Position numbers and translations under genes: made by a program. From an uncultured Veillonellaceae bacterium (lineage in GTDB: Bacteria > Bacillota > Negativicutes > JARBTT01): DNA of 64,000 nt. Positions 50,572 to 61,032 of this stretch are shown here, piece after piece. Location: the NCBI GenBank assembly GCA_963805085.1, contig CAWDTA010000002.1:1472001-1536000 (forward strand), read 5' to 3'. Each line of letters opens with the position of its first letter. Position 1 is the stretch's first letter. The notes under the pieces are model-generated. The model searched no databases and had not been told where the DNA came from. It saw nothing but the letters and a program-made list of their open reading frames with translations.

Positions 50572-51438
50572 TTGTTTATGTTAGTAAAAATGTCAGAGTT
50601 GTTAAGAGTTGCGAAAACAGAAAAGTTTGCGGTGGGAGCGTTTAATGTATCGGATAGTTCATTACTTAGAGCGGTGACGGAGGAAGCAGAATCTTCGAAT
50701 TCTCCGGCGATTATTGCGATTCATCCCGATGAACTGAAATTTATTACGGATGAGTTTATGGCGTATGTAATCGAAAGAACGAAAAGAAGTCCTATTCCTT
50801 TTGTGATTCATTTGGATCATGGCGGTTCGTTTGCGGATGTGATGCATGCGATTCATGTAGGCTTTAATTCGGTGATGATTGATGGCTCACGGCTTCCTTA
50901 TGATGAAAATGTTGCATTGACGAAAAAGGTAGTGGAAGCGGCGCATGCGGCAGGTGTTTGTGTCGAGGGAGAACTCGGCACAATCGGGAATACAGGAACC
51001 TCGATTGAGGGTGGCGTTAGTAAGATTACCTATACAGAGCCCACGCAGGCAGAAGAATTCGTAAAAGTAACGGGTGTGGATTCTTTAGCGGTAGCCATTG
51101 GAACGGCACATGGCATTTATCCGAAGAATGTTACCCCGAAATTGCAAATGGACATTTTAAAAGCAATTACCGCAAAAGTAAGTATACCGATTGTACTGCA
51201 CGGTGGTTCGGCAAATCCAGATAAAGAGATTGCCGAGGCAGTTAAACTTGGTGTGCAGAAGGTCAATATTTCTAGTGATATGAAATTTGCCTTTTTCAAA
51301 AAAGCTCGGGAAATCCTGTCGGCGCAGGAATGTTGGGAACCAAATACGATTTATCCGCAGTGTATTGAAGCGGCTAGAGAAGTGATTCGTTTTAAGATGA
51401 ATTTGTTCGGCTCCATTGGGACGGCAAAACGCTACTGA
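50572..51438 (+). CDS. Class II ketose-bisphosphate aldolase
   Basis: IHLDHG, VMIDGS, EGELG, GTAHG, LHGGS. Confidence 0.93.
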   Translation: MFMLVKMSELLRVAKTEKFAVGAFNVSDSSLLRAVTEEAESSNSPAIIAIHPDELKFITDEFMAYVIERTKRSPIPFVIHLDHGGSFADVMHAIHVGFNSVMIDGSRLPYDENVALTKKVVEAAHAAGVCVEGELGTIGNTGTSIEGGVSKITYTEPTQAEEFVKVTGVDSLAVAIGTAHGIYPKNVTPKLQMDILKAITAKVSIPIVLHGGSANPDKEIAEAVKLGVQKVNISSDMKFAFFKKAREILSAQECWEPNTIYPQCIEAAREVIRFKMNLFGSIGTAKRY

Positions 51439-51451
51439 GGAGGGAAAATGA

Positions 51452-51994
51452 ATGCCTAATTTGATCTTGAAGGAAGAAGTCGAGGGATTATTTAAAAAAG
51501 CGCATATTGCTTTGACGGCAGAAGAAAAGGAACGATTAGAGTTTACTGATTTTGGCTTTGGTATAGGAAATGTCAGAAAAGAAGGGCTACAGCTTATTGT
51601 TTATTGTAATAATGAACGTTACTGTGCCAAGGATATGGCTCTCTTGCCAAATCAAACCTGTCCAGAACATCGTCATCCGCCAAAGAAAAATGATGCAGAG
51701 GGCAAGATGGAAACGTTTCGTTGTCGTTATGGCAGAGTGTATCTTTATGTAGAAGGGAATGTGACAGAAGGTATATCGGCAGATGTTCCTGAGAAACATA
51801 AAAAATGGTATACGGTAAGACATGAAATTGTTTTGCACGCAGGACAGCAGTATACGATTCCACCGAATACACGTCATTGGTTTCAGGCAGGAGGTAAGGG
51901 GGCAATTGTAAGTGAGTTTTCTTCCCCAAGCGATGATGCTTCGGATATATTTACAAATCCGAAAATACGGCGTGTGGCAGTGGATCGAGTGTAG
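51452..51994 (+). CDS. D-lyxose/D-mannose-family sugar isomerase (cupin)
   Basis: QTCPEHRHP, GKMETFRCR, HWFQAG, SEFSS. Confidence 0.88.
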   Translation: MPNLILKEEVEGLFKKAHIALTAEEKERLEFTDFGFGIGNVRKEGLQLIVYCNNERYCAKDMALLPNQTCPEHRHPPKKNDAEGKMETFRCRYGRVYLYVEGNVTEGISADVPEKHKKWYTVRHEIVLHAGQQYTIPPNTRHWFQAGGKGAIVSEFSSPSDDASDIFTNPKIRRVAVDRV

Positions 51995-52006
51995 AAGCCT
52001 AAGAGG

Positions 52007-52050
52007 TAATAAATCAGGAGCTGTGCATTTGCATAGCTCCTGATTTATTA
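52007..52050 (+). terminator. Intrinsic terminator
   Basis: taataaatcaggagct...agctcctgatttatta. Confidence 0.75.
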
Positions 52051-52177
52051 AAGTAGATGGTATGATTATTTGCTCTTATTGGGACTATATTCCTGTTTAT
52101 TGTTTATTTTACAGGAATTTGATTTTTTTCCTTGAATATCAGTTTTTAGAACAAATTATACAATAGGAGTGAAGTAA

Positions 52178-53767
52178 TTGAATTTTCAATTGAAGACAAG
52201 GATTGTCACAGGATTCATAGCAATCATAATAACATTTTGCAGTGTGGTTTACGCCAGCGAGCCAACCGAAAAAGAAACGAAGACGGTGTCTGTTGTCACC
52301 GCTGATACCACACAAAAACAAGTGGTAAGTGAAGTGAAAAAATCTGGCAAATACGGTTACATTGATCAAACTGGGGCTTTCGTCATACCAGCTGAGTTTA
52401 ATCAACTAACTTTATTTAAAGCGCAAGGTCTCATTTTGGCAAAGCAAAAAGGAAAATATGGCGTGTTTGACCAGAATGGGAAAAGCATACTTCCCGTAGT
52501 ATTTGATGATGTAACGATTCATGAAGATAATACCATTTCAGTGAAGCAAAAAGATAAATGGGGTATTTACGATAATCAAAGCAACGTGATTTTGCCTATA
52601 GAATTTGATGAGTTGACTACTTTTTCTTCTGGTTTAGTAGCAGCAAAAAAAGATAAACTTTGGCGCTATTACGATAAATCAGGTAAAGCTGTCTTGGAAG
52701 AGGCCTTTGATGGTGCTAATAATTTTTCCGAAGGGCTTGCACTTGTAATGCATGATAATAAGTGTGGATATATAGATATCCAAGGAAAAGTCGTGATTCC
52801 TTATCAATATAAAAATGCAGCGGATTTTTCTGAGGGGCTGGCAGCAGTAAGAACAAAAGATAAGTGGGGTTTTATCGACAAAACAGGGAAAGTTGTTATT
52901 GAAGAAAAATTCAACGGATATGAAGCCGCTTTTAAAGAAGGGCTTGCGATTGTAAATCAAACAAGCAAACATGATTATATTGATATAAATGGTAATATTG
53001 TTTTTAGTGCACCTTATGATTTTGTCTTCCAATTTGAAGATGGTCTCGCAGAGGTTCGTGTAGAAAAAAGTAGTTTTTCTTGGGGCGGCTTTGTAAGTAC
53101 TGCGATTTCGGCAACGCTTGGTGGCTATTCAGATCCCGCAGATAACAATTTAGTGGAGTTCAATCTTAAACGTGGTTTTATCGACAAGACAGGGAAGCAG
53201 GTTATTACAACAAAGTATGATTTAGTCAATGTATTTAAAGATGGTTTATCTAAGGTTATTGACCATGGTAAAACTGGTTATGTAAATCGTAAAGGGGAAT
53301 TTGTGATTCCCGCAGAATATCAAGGTCTATCTGATTTTGAAGATGGTCTAGCTATGGATAAAAAAGATGATAAATGGGGCTATATTGACAAGAGTAATCA
53401 GCCTTTAACTACTCTAAAGTTTGATGAAGTAAAAGCCTTTAGTTGTGACAGGGGAGCAGTGAAGCTTGGCGAAAAGTGGGGGTTCATCGATCGTACAGGG
53501 AACCTTGTAATTAGAGCCAAGTTTAATGATGTTAAACCGTTTGTCGATAATAGCGCTGTCGTAAAATACATCGACGCTTGGGGGATCATTGATTTATCTG
53601 GTAATTATATGATTCCTGCAAAATCGGGTTATGAAGAAATGACTGTGTTCAATCACGATTTTATCGGCATTAAAGTAAATGGTAAATGGGGCTTTATGAA
53701 TAAAGATGGACGCATTATTGTTGAACCACAATACGATACAATATGCCCGATTTCTTCCTTAAAATAA
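52178..53767 (+). CDS. Secreted WG/KWG-repeat protein
   Basis: Signal peptide; many KWGFIDKTG / FSEGLA repeats; upstream SigH-like CAGGA-17-GAAT at about 52112-52137. Confidence 0.9.
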   Translation: MNFQLKTRIVTGFIAIIITFCSVVYASEPTEKETKTVSVVTADTTQKQVVSEVKKSGKYGYIDQTGAFVIPAEFNQLTLFKAQGLILAKQKGKYGVFDQNGKSILPVVFDDVTIHEDNTISVKQKDKWGIYDNQSNVILPIEFDELTTFSSGLVAAKKDKLWRYYDKSGKAVLEEAFDGANNFSEGLALVMHDNKCGYIDIQGKVVIPYQYKNAADFSEGLAAVRTKDKWGFIDKTGKVVIEEKFNGYEAAFKEGLAIVNQTSKHDYIDINGNIVFSAPYDFVFQFEDGLAEVRVEKSSFSWGGFVSTAISATLGGYSDPADNNLVEFNLKRGFIDKTGKQVITTKYDLVNVFKDGLSKVIDHGKTGYVNRKGEFVIPAEYQGLSDFEDGLAMDKKDDKWGYIDKSNQPLTTLKFDEVKAFSCDRGAVKLGEKWGFIDRTGNLVIRAKFNDVKPFVDNSAVVKYIDAWGIIDLSGNYMIPAKSGYEEMTVFNHDFIGIKVNGKWGFMNKDGRIIVEPQYDTICPISSLK

Positions 53768-53783
53768 TAATTTAGATTCATTC

Positions 53784-53830
53784 AAACAGAGAAATCCCAG
53801 CCTTTAAATAGGCTGGGATTTCTCTGTTTT
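53784..53830 (+). terminator. Intrinsic terminator
   Basis: aaacagagaaatcccagcct...aggctgggatttctctgttt. Confidence 0.8.
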
Positions 53831-53881
53831 GATCTTGATGGCTTTAAAATGAAGCAAAAAAGATGAGAGGATGAATGATGC

Positions 53882-54338
53882 ATGAATTTTGGAGAGCCCT
53901 TAAATGAGAATTTAGTAAATTTAGAGTTGCAAGCTAAGTTGAAAGTGGAATCGATACTGGAGTTGATAGACCTGCTGTATCAAGAGGGGAAAGGCAATGA
54001 TCGTGATCTGTTTTTGTAGGATTTGTATGAGCGGGAAGCAGAGGGGCGGACGGGGATTGGTAATCTCGTGTGTTGATTCGGTATTGTAAGTCGGATGCGG
54101 TGGCAGTGACTTCGATTGTGATTGGACGGAGTGAGTGGGGTTTAATGTGGTATTCTCTCGATGGCAAGCTAGTTCATATCGTGATTTTGTTTGCGATGAG
54201 CAACAAAGATAAAACGAATTTGAATTTGGGCCTGTCGGGGCAGGGGTTACGAATGATTTAGCGGATGAGCGAATACTGGAGTGATTGCTCTTAACCGAGG
54301 ATAAAAAAGAAGTCATTTCGCTGTTAGCGGGAGAATGA
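53882..54338 (+). pseudogene. Degenerate duplicate of the PTS IIA gene
   Basis: Colinear with 48621-49076 (e.g. aagtcggatgcggtggcagtgacttcgatt, ggataaaaaagaagtcatt) with stops and frameshifts. Confidence 0.85.
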
Positions 54339-54361
54339 ATAAAGAATACTGGCATTATCGT

Positions 54362-54538
54362 AAATAGAATATAAAAGTAAAAAGAAATTCATAATAAATT
54401 ATGTATAATTTAGCAGGAATTATAATATTTTACTAGAATATGTAAAATTAATATTAAAAGGATGACGGCAGATTGAGGAGGGCGAAGGCATTGTCTTAGA
54501 AAAAAGCCAACGAGACGAAGACAACGTCCCCTTATCAT
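54362..54538 (+). repeat. Dispersed repeat copy K (diverged), upstream of the bacimethrin genes
   Basis: aaatagaatataaa...gcaggaattataatattttactagaatatgt...ggcgaag...gtcttag...gacgaa...aacgtcccc. Confidence 0.85.
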
Positions 54539-54556
54539 GCAACGGGTGAGAAAGAT

Positions 54557-54994
54557 ATGAAAAAAATTTTTTTAGCAGCTCCCTTTAAAAGTCTTGTAGA
54601 CGAAAAAAAGTCATTAATGTGTGAGAAATCAAAAATGCAAATCTTAAATTTAATTACATTCCTGGAAAGTAAAGGCTATAGTGTTCACAATGCTCATAAA
54701 CGAGAACATTGGGGGCTTGAATTTATGCCACCTGATCAATGCACTCAAATTGACTATAACGAAATTAATAAGTGTAATATTTTTATTGCGTTTCCCGGTA
54801 ATCCGCCTTCTCCTGGTACACATATTGAAATTGGATGGGCATCTGCATTTAACAAAAAAATCTTTATACTTCTTCACGGAGCAGAAGAAAATTATGCCTA
54901 TCTCATACGAGGATTACATACTGTTGCGGATGTAACTTATATTATCTATTCGGAAGAAAAGGAATATTATGAAGCACTTAACAGGTATTTGTAA
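54557..54994 (+). CDS. bcmB: Nucleoside 2-deoxyribosyltransferase-family hydrolase (hydroxymethyl-CMP hydrolase, BcmB-like)
   Basis: FLAAPF, SPGTHIEIGWA NDT motif; gene context. Confidence 0.75.
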   Translation: MKKIFLAAPFKSLVDEKKSLMCEKSKMQILNLITFLESKGYSVHNAHKREHWGLEFMPPDQCTQIDYNEINKCNIFIAFPGNPPSPGTHIEIGWASAFNKKIFILLHGAEENYAYLIRGLHTVADVTYIIYSEEKEYYEALNRYL

Positions 54995-55009
54995 TGTAGT
55001 TTTTGAGAG

Positions 55010-56005
55010 GTGATAAACATGAAGTTTTCCAGTTTTCAAGAAGCCTATTTGCATAATTTAAAAGATGTTTATTATTCTCCTCAATTTGTAAATATGCCAA
55101 GAGGAAATAAAAGCAAAGAAAGGCTGAATTTATCGTTTACTATTATTAATCCTATTGATAGGGTTTGCTATCTAAAATCAAGAAAAATCAATATTGTGTT
55201 CAACCTTGCAGAAGCATTATGGTATCTATCAGGTAGTAATGAACTTTCCTTTATTGAGTATTATGCCAAGAATATGCGGAAATACTCTGCGGATGGAATA
55301 ACTTTACAAGGCACAGCTTATGGTCCCCAAATTTTTGCATATGGCAATAATCATATCAATCAATGGGACAGGCTGATAAAACTATTTAGAGAAGATAAGG
55401 ATACCAAGAGAGCATTCATATCAATTTTTGATCCCAATGAAAATCTTTTCCTTGATAATATTGATGTTTCATGCACGATTGGATTACAGTTCTTTATCAG
55501 AAATAACTCATTGTATCTAACAACATTCATGAGAGCAAATGATGCTTACAGAGGTATGATAAGTGATGTGTTTTCGTTTACGTTCATTCAGGAAATGTTA
55601 GCAACTCAATTAAGCCTTAATGTAGGAGAATATTGCCATAATGTAGCCACTGTGCATATTTATGAGCCAGACAATGCCAAGGTAAAAAAAATAGTATCAC
55701 AAAAGATTGAAGAAAATGATAGATTAGTATTCCCATCCATGCCTCATAAAGATAATTGGGATAATGTTCAAATCGTTCTTTTATATGAAAAACAGTTAAG
55801 AGAGAATAAAATAGTTCTAGATGCCAAAACAATTGAAGATATTAAGGTTGATACATACTGGAAACAAATTATCATTTTATTTGCACTTTATCAAAAAATT
55901 TTATATGAAAATAAGATCGATATTTCTTTATTTTATAAATTAATACCATTATATCAATACTTAGTAAAGGTTAAATGGGAATATCTGTTTAAGAAAGAGA
56001 AGTGA
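55010..56005 (+). CDS. bcmA: Thymidylate-synthase-family CMP hydroxymethylase (BcmA-like)
   Basis: AYGP, DTKRA, DVSCT catalytic Cys, MRANDA, SDVFSF (Asp typical of cytosine-specific members), HIY. Confidence 0.8.
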   Translation: MINMKFSSFQEAYLHNLKDVYYSPQFVNMPRGNKSKERLNLSFTIINPIDRVCYLKSRKINIVFNLAEALWYLSGSNELSFIEYYAKNMRKYSADGITLQGTAYGPQIFAYGNNHINQWDRLIKLFREDKDTKRAFISIFDPNENLFLDNIDVSCTIGLQFFIRNNSLYLTTFMRANDAYRGMISDVFSFTFIQEMLATQLSLNVGEYCHNVATVHIYEPDNAKVKKIVSQKIEENDRLVFPSMPHKDNWDNVQIVLLYEKQLRENKIVLDAKTIEDIKVDTYWKQIIILFALYQKILYENKIDISLFYKLIPLYQYLVKVKWEYLFKKEK

Positions 56006-56769
56006 GAGATATGGGCACATCGTGGCATGATGAAAAAGTATCAAAAAATTTTAATGAATATAACGATATGTTGGAGGACGTATTGGGGTTCCACTACATT
56101 TTTCAATTTATACAAGATGAACCTAATGTAAGATCCATTTTAGATTTCGGATGTGGCCCTGGGAAAGTATCCGAAAGATTGGCGGAGTTTAATGATAAAT
56201 ATGATATTTTAGCTGTGGATCAATCTCAAAAGATGATTGATCTTGCATCAACTTTTAGGAAGCGAAAGAATATTCAATATCGTTTAATCGAAAATGATAA
56301 TTTGGGTTTTATTAAGTCAAATTCTATTGACTGCGCAATTATCTGTTTTGTTATAATAAATAATTCTGATTCCAATCGTATCTCCAACATTATAAACGAA
56401 GTTTATCGAGTACTTAGAAATAATGGTTTTTTGATCATATTAGACTCCAATCCAAATGCTGTTGGACTTGAATTCACCACATTTACTAATGGAGATAAAG
56501 GGAAAAATTACAAGATAGGAGGAAGCAAAAAGCAATATCTTAAAATACCAAATCAGACGGATTTAATCTTAAATGATTGGTATTGGACAAAAGATAATTA
56601 TTTAAGTTGGATAACTCAGATTGGTTTTAAATCCGTTAGTTTAATTGAACCAACAATAGATAATTTATCACAAGAAGATAGATTATTTTATGAAAGAAAA
56701 TATAATTTTAATAAGTGGGGAAATGAAAGGACTATTCCACCTTTTATTATTTTTAAATCCATAAAATAA
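56002..56769 (+). CDS. bcmC: SAM methyltransferase (BcmC-like)
   Basis: LDFGCGPG; gene context. Confidence 0.75.
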   Translation: MRDMGTSWHDEKVSKNFNEYNDMLEDVLGFHYIFQFIQDEPNVRSILDFGCGPGKVSERLAEFNDKYDILAVDQSQKMIDLASTFRKRKNIQYRLIENDNLGFIKSNSIDCAIICFVIINNSDSNRISNIINEVYRVLRNNGFLIILDSNPNAVGLEFTTFTNGDKGKNYKIGGSKKQYLKIPNQTDLILNDWYWTKDNYLSWITQIGFKSVSLIEPTIDNLSQEDRLFYERKYNFNKWGNERTIPPFIIFKSIK

Positions 56770-56864
56770 ACATAATACACTTATTCATTCTTTATAAAAA
56801 TAATTGAGGATTAAAAACAATTAATAATATATCAAGCCTATAAAAATAAGAGAGGAGAAAACAC

Positions 56865-58076
56865 ATGAAAAAAGCCAAACGAGTTTATGTGGCTTTGGCG
56901 GCTGTTGTTATGTTATTGTACTTACCAGTGAGTTTTGCCTATTCGGCAAATACTACAGAACAAAACCAAACGATTTTAAATGTTGCATTATATGGCTATG
57001 TTCCTGATGTTCAACGATTTAGAAACGCCGTGCAGACTTCTTGGAAACAAGTGGAACCGAATGTGGATTTAAATTTCGTGGATTGGGATTGTTATGAGAG
57101 TGACCCGACTCAGGACATAGATGTTTTTGTTTTTGATTCTATTTACCTGCAGCATTATGTTAACGAAGGATATTTGCTTCCAATTTCTGAAAATCAAATT
57201 AAAAATAAAGATGACCTGTTGGATTTTGCTTTATCAGGATGTACTATAAATAATACAATCTATGCGATACCTCAAATTATTTGTACAAATCTCTTATATT
57301 ATCGGAATGATGATAGTGAAATGGCACAAGTAGACACAGTAAATGAATTGTATCAGTTACTTGGGGATAGAAAATCTAATAGCATTATACCAGGTGAAAA
57401 TGAAGGATTAATGATTGATATGTCAGGTGGTACATCAAAAGTGTGTTTATACTTGGATGCACTCATAGACCAAACACAAACATATACAGATTATGCGCAA
57501 TTACCGCAAAGGTTTGATGAACATGTTGTATCTTACTTAAAAATGTTACAATCAATGGCTGGAACAGCACATGCCAATTACTATCCAGAAGACAATGATG
57601 CTTATATAAGAGCAAAATGGCTAGCGGAAGGCAAAGGCAGAGCCTATATTGGATATACCGAAGCAATGTCCAGCATGGGTGATTTTGCAAATAATGTTAA
57701 CTTCAAATTGATTTCGTACAGTCAATATAATAATATTCCATTGTTTTACGGTGATATTATTGGAATCAACTCTGATATCAATACGGATAAGGAAAATTTA
57801 GCAATAAAGTTGGTAAATGTCGTTGCATCTAGTGATACTATGATTGCATCAATTTCGTCTAATGCAGACAACTCTTATCCGCAGTATCTATTGCCTGCAA
57901 GATGCAGCGTTTATAAGGCAATGAGTAGCGATTATCCTATTTATAGAAAGCTCTATAAAATTGCAACTGATCTTAACAATAGGCTGTTTTTATTAGGATC
58001 AAATGCAGAAACATGGTTAACAGAAGTTAAAGGTACTTTGAGTGAGATGTTAAATGAAAATCCGGAAGCTGCATAA
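56865..58076 (+). CDS. bcmE: Thiaminase I (thiamine pyridinylase), secreted
   Basis: Signal peptide; VALYGYVPD, DVFVFDSIYL, YAIPQIICTNLLYYR (catalytic Cys), GYTEAMS (catalytic Glu), YPQYLLPAR. Confidence 0.88.
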   Translation: MKKAKRVYVALAAVVMLLYLPVSFAYSANTTEQNQTILNVALYGYVPDVQRFRNAVQTSWKQVEPNVDLNFVDWDCYESDPTQDIDVFVFDSIYLQHYVNEGYLLPISENQIKNKDDLLDFALSGCTINNTIYAIPQIICTNLLYYRNDDSEMAQVDTVNELYQLLGDRKSNSIIPGENEGLMIDMSGGTSKVCLYLDALIDQTQTYTDYAQLPQRFDEHVVSYLKMLQSMAGTAHANYYPEDNDAYIRAKWLAEGKGRAYIGYTEAMSSMGDFANNVNFKLISYSQYNNIPLFYGDIIGINSDINTDKENLAIKLVNVVASSDTMIASISSNADNSYPQYLLPARCSVYKAMSSDYPIYRKLYKIATDLNNRLFLLGSNAETWLTEVKGTLSEMLNENPEAA

Positions 58077-58147
58077 ATTTAGCACAGCTACTTATAACTA
58101 AAATATTATTTAAACTCTTTAAAATAATATGGTGGTTTTATATTAAA

Positions 58148-58226
58148 ATAGGGGGACTACTTCGTAGTTGAGAAGTTAAAACTTGACCCTTTGAACGTGC
58201 TGGTTAATACTAACGTAAGGAAGCAA
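58148..58226 (+). ncRNA. TPP riboswitch
   Basis: aggggg..tgaga..gacccttTgaac.tg..ggttaatac..cgtaaggaa; terminator 58253-58285; upstream of thiamin salvage genes. Confidence 0.85.
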
Positions 58227-58297
58227 TTTCTTACGCTGTATTGCGTTTGAAAGAGCTTCCAAATTGGAAGTTCAATTTTTTTTTAGGAGGAAAGACA

Positions 58298-58963
58298 ATG
58301 AAGTTTATGAAGAAAACTATGGATGTTTCAGTGCCGATCTGGAACGAGTCTCTGAACACTCCGTTTGTGCAGGAACTGAAAACTGGAATATTGCCCTATG
58401 AAAAATTTAAAAATTACATGATTCAGGACAGTATCTATTTGAAATATTATGCCCGCGTTTACGGCAAAGCTATGTATCATTCTACAACCTTAAAGGACAT
58501 TCAGCTTTATTACTCTATTCTAAGTTTTGTAACAAACAGAGAATCGGTCGTTAGGTTAAATTATTTGAAACAATTTGGTATGACAGATAACGATATTGAA
58601 CTAATTGCACCATTGCCGGAGAATCAGAATTATATAGATTTTATGCTCAATATTGCTGAACGGGGTAATATTTGTGAAATACTAATGGCTGTTCTTCCAT
58701 GTATGCTGAGTTACAGCTATATTTTCCGAGCAATCGCCGCTGAGTCGGAGGCTGATAAATCAAAGTATTGGGACTTTATTCAGGACTACGCAGATGAGCA
58801 ATATTTTGAAGGTTGTAAAACATTGTGTGACTCTACGGATAAAAAATGTGCTTCACTTACCATCGTAGATAAAGAAAATCTAAATTCAATTTTTAAAGAA
58901 GCAAGTTTACTTGAATTGGGTTTTTGGAAGATGGCTTATAAAGAAAATAGAAAGGTGGATTGA
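58298..58963 (+). CDS. tenA: TenA thiaminase II / aminopyrimidine aminohydrolase
   Basis: YMIQDSIYL, LPCMLSY, ELGFWKMA; AGGAGG RBS. Confidence 0.9.
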   Translation: MKFMKKTMDVSVPIWNESLNTPFVQELKTGILPYEKFKNYMIQDSIYLKYYARVYGKAMYHSTTLKDIQLYYSILSFVTNRESVVRLNYLKQFGMTDNDIELIAPLPENQNYIDFMLNIAERGNICEILMAVLPCMLSYSYIFRAIAAESEADKSKYWDFIQDYADEQYFEGCKTLCDSTDKKCASLTIVDKENLNSIFKEASLLELGFWKMAYKENRKVD

Positions 58964-59011
58964 ATTGCCAAATGTTATTTTTCCACGAGAGATAAAGGAG
59001 GATATTTTAAT

Positions 59012-59821
59012 ATGAAAAAAGTTTTGAGCATCGCCGGATCTGATTGTAGCGGCGGAGCAGGAATCCAAGCAGATCTAAAAACGTTTTCGGCACATGGTGT
59101 TTTCGGAATGAGCGTTATTGTGTCTGTTGTCGCAGAAAATACAAGCAGGGTGATAGACATCCAGGATATAACCCCCGATATGATAAAAAAGCAGATCGAC
59201 GCTGTTTTCGAGGATATTGAGGTGGACGCCGTTAAAATCGGAATGTTGTCTACTCCGCCTTGTATGAACGCCATTGCTGAAAAACTCATGCAGTATAAGC
59301 CACAAAATGTAGTAATTGATCCCGTCATGTATGCAAAAAACGGCTGTTCTCTTATGGAGCCTGCGGCTGTTGATACATTGATAAAAGTAATCATTCCACT
59401 TGCTGACGTACTGACTCCGAATATTCCAGAAGCCGAAAAAATTATAAATATGCAGATTTCTTCCGTAGCAGACATGGAAACCGCCGCAAAGAAAATATAT
59501 GCAATGGGTTGCAAGGGCATCGTGGTCAAGGGTGGTCATGCGATAGGCAATGCTTTGGATGTTCTGTTTGATGGAAAAAAGATTTACCATTTTGAAACCA
59601 AGCGTATTGATACAACAAACACACATGGTACTGGCTGCACCTTTTCCTCCGCTATCGCTTCACAGCTTGCAAAAGGACTGACTATTCAGGAAGCTGTCAA
59701 AAAGTCCAAGGCATATGTTACTACTGCGATTGAACATTCACTTGCCATCGGTCACGGGAATGGCCCGACCAATCACTTTTATGAACTTTACAAAAGCGGA
59801 TTGCAAGGATGGGATAATTAA
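59012..59821 (+). CDS. thiD: Hydroxymethylpyrimidine/HMP-P kinase
   Basis: [33 protein letters not shown]. Confidence 0.95.
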   Translation: MKKVLSIAGSDCSGGAGIQADLKTFSAHGVFGMSVIVSVVAENTSRVIDIQDITPDMIKKQIDAVFEDIEVDAVKIGMLSTPPCMNAIAEKLMQYKPQNVVIDPVMYAKNGCSLMEPAAVDTLIKVIIPLADVLTPNIPEAEKIINMQISSVADMETAAKKIYAMGCKGIVVKGGHAIGNALDVLFDGKKIYHFETKRIDTTNTHGTGCTFSSAIASQLAKGLTIQEAVKKSKAYVTTAIEHSLAIGHGNGPTNHFYELYKSGLQGWDN

Positions 59822-59823
59822 CG

Positions 59824-61032
59824 ATGGACACAAAAGAATCAAAAACCTCAACATTCAGTCAGGTGCTTTTATGGTTTGGAGCTGCTGTTTCAATATCTGA
59901 ACTGATGACAGGGGCGTTAATCGCTCCGCTTGGACTTTGTCAAGGTACCTTAGCAATCTTGACCGGTCATATAATTGGCGCTCTCGTGCTGTTCCCCGCC
60001 GGTTTGATCGGTGCTAAAAGCGGCTTGTCATGGGCGGAATCTACCCGTATATCTTTTAGCAAATACGGGTCATACGGGTTTTCCATATTAAACATTTTGC
60101 AGCTCCTTGGCTGGACTGCTGTAATGATTATAAGCGGTGCAAAGGCATTTGATGGCATTGCGGAGCAGCTCTGGAACTATCAGAACGAACGGCTTTGGTG
60201 TATCGTAATCGGACTGTTTATCTGCCTTTGGATTGTCATTGGGCTGAAAAATCTTTCAAAAATAAATGCTGTAGTCATTACCCTGCTTTTCCTATGTACT
60301 ATTGTGCTTGGAATTACTGTTTTTTCTACGCCGCAAAGCACCGCAGACGCGAATGATACAATCAGCTTTGGAGCTGCTGTAGAACTGAACATCGCCATGG
60401 CTTTATCATGGCTACCGCTTATTTCGGACTACACCCGGACGCTAAAAAAACCTTTCAGAGGAACAGTTGGAAGCATATTGAGCTATTTTATCGGCTCAAT
60501 CTTTATGTTCATCATAGGGCTTGGTGCCGCTGTTTACTATGGTACATCTGATGTGTTTACGATTATGGCATCAGCCGGATTCGGTTTTGCCGCCCTTGCT
60601 GCAATATTACTTTCCACGGTAACGACGACTTTTTTAGATGTGTATTCGGCAGGCGTCAGCTCTGTCAATATAAGCGGGAAAATCAATCAAAAGCTGGCGT
60701 CAGCCATTGTGTGTATCGCAGGCGTTGTCATTGCGATATTTATACCGATAAGCAGATATGAAGATTTTTTATATTTGATAAGCTCAGTGTTTGCACCTTT
60801 GTTTGCTGTATCATTTACCGATTACTTCTTGTTACATAAACAGGAAATGAGATCCCAAAGCGATCTGAGTATCAAAAATTTAATCATATGGTTGGTCGGC
60901 TTTATTATCTATCGGTTATTGATGTCGTATAATACAGTCGTTGGGATCACACTGCCTATCATGCTTGGTCTTGTGGCTGTCAGTTACATTTGGGGAATCA
61001 TTGAAAGAAAATCAGATGAACAGAAAATTTGA
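59824..61032 (+). CDS. cytX: Hydroxymethylpyrimidine permease (NCS1)
   Basis: LWFGAAVSISE, LSWLPLISDYTR, STVTTTFLDVYSAG. Confidence 0.88.
   Translation: MDTKESKTSTFSQVLLWFGAAVSISELMTGALIAPLGLCQGTLAILTGHIIGALVLFPAGLIGAKSGLSWAESTRISFSKYGSYGFSILNILQLLGWTAVMIISGAKAFDGIAEQLWNYQNERLWCIVIGLFICLWIVIGLKNLSKINAVVITLLFLCTIVLGITVFSTPQSTADANDTISFGAAVELNIAMALSWLPLISDYTRTLKKPFRGTVGSILSYFIGSIFMFIIGLGAAVYYGTSDVFTIMASAGFGFAALAAILLSTVTTTFLDVYSAGVSSVNISGKINQKLASAIVCIAGVVIAIFIPISRYEDFLYLISSVFAPLFAVSFTDYFLLHKQEMRSQSDLSIKNLIIWLVGFIIYRLLMSYNTVVGITLPIMLGLVAVSYIWGIIERKSDEQKI

Noticed and set aside
52178-53767. Internal repeats as a diversity-generating or CRISPR-like element
   Set aside because: Ordinary WG/KWG protein repeats; no RT or template repeat.
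55010-56005. Housekeeping thyA or phage DNA hypermodification gene
   Set aside because: Cytosine-type Asp and linkage to an NDT hydrolase, methyltransferase and thiaminase I fit bacimethrin synthesis; no phage context.
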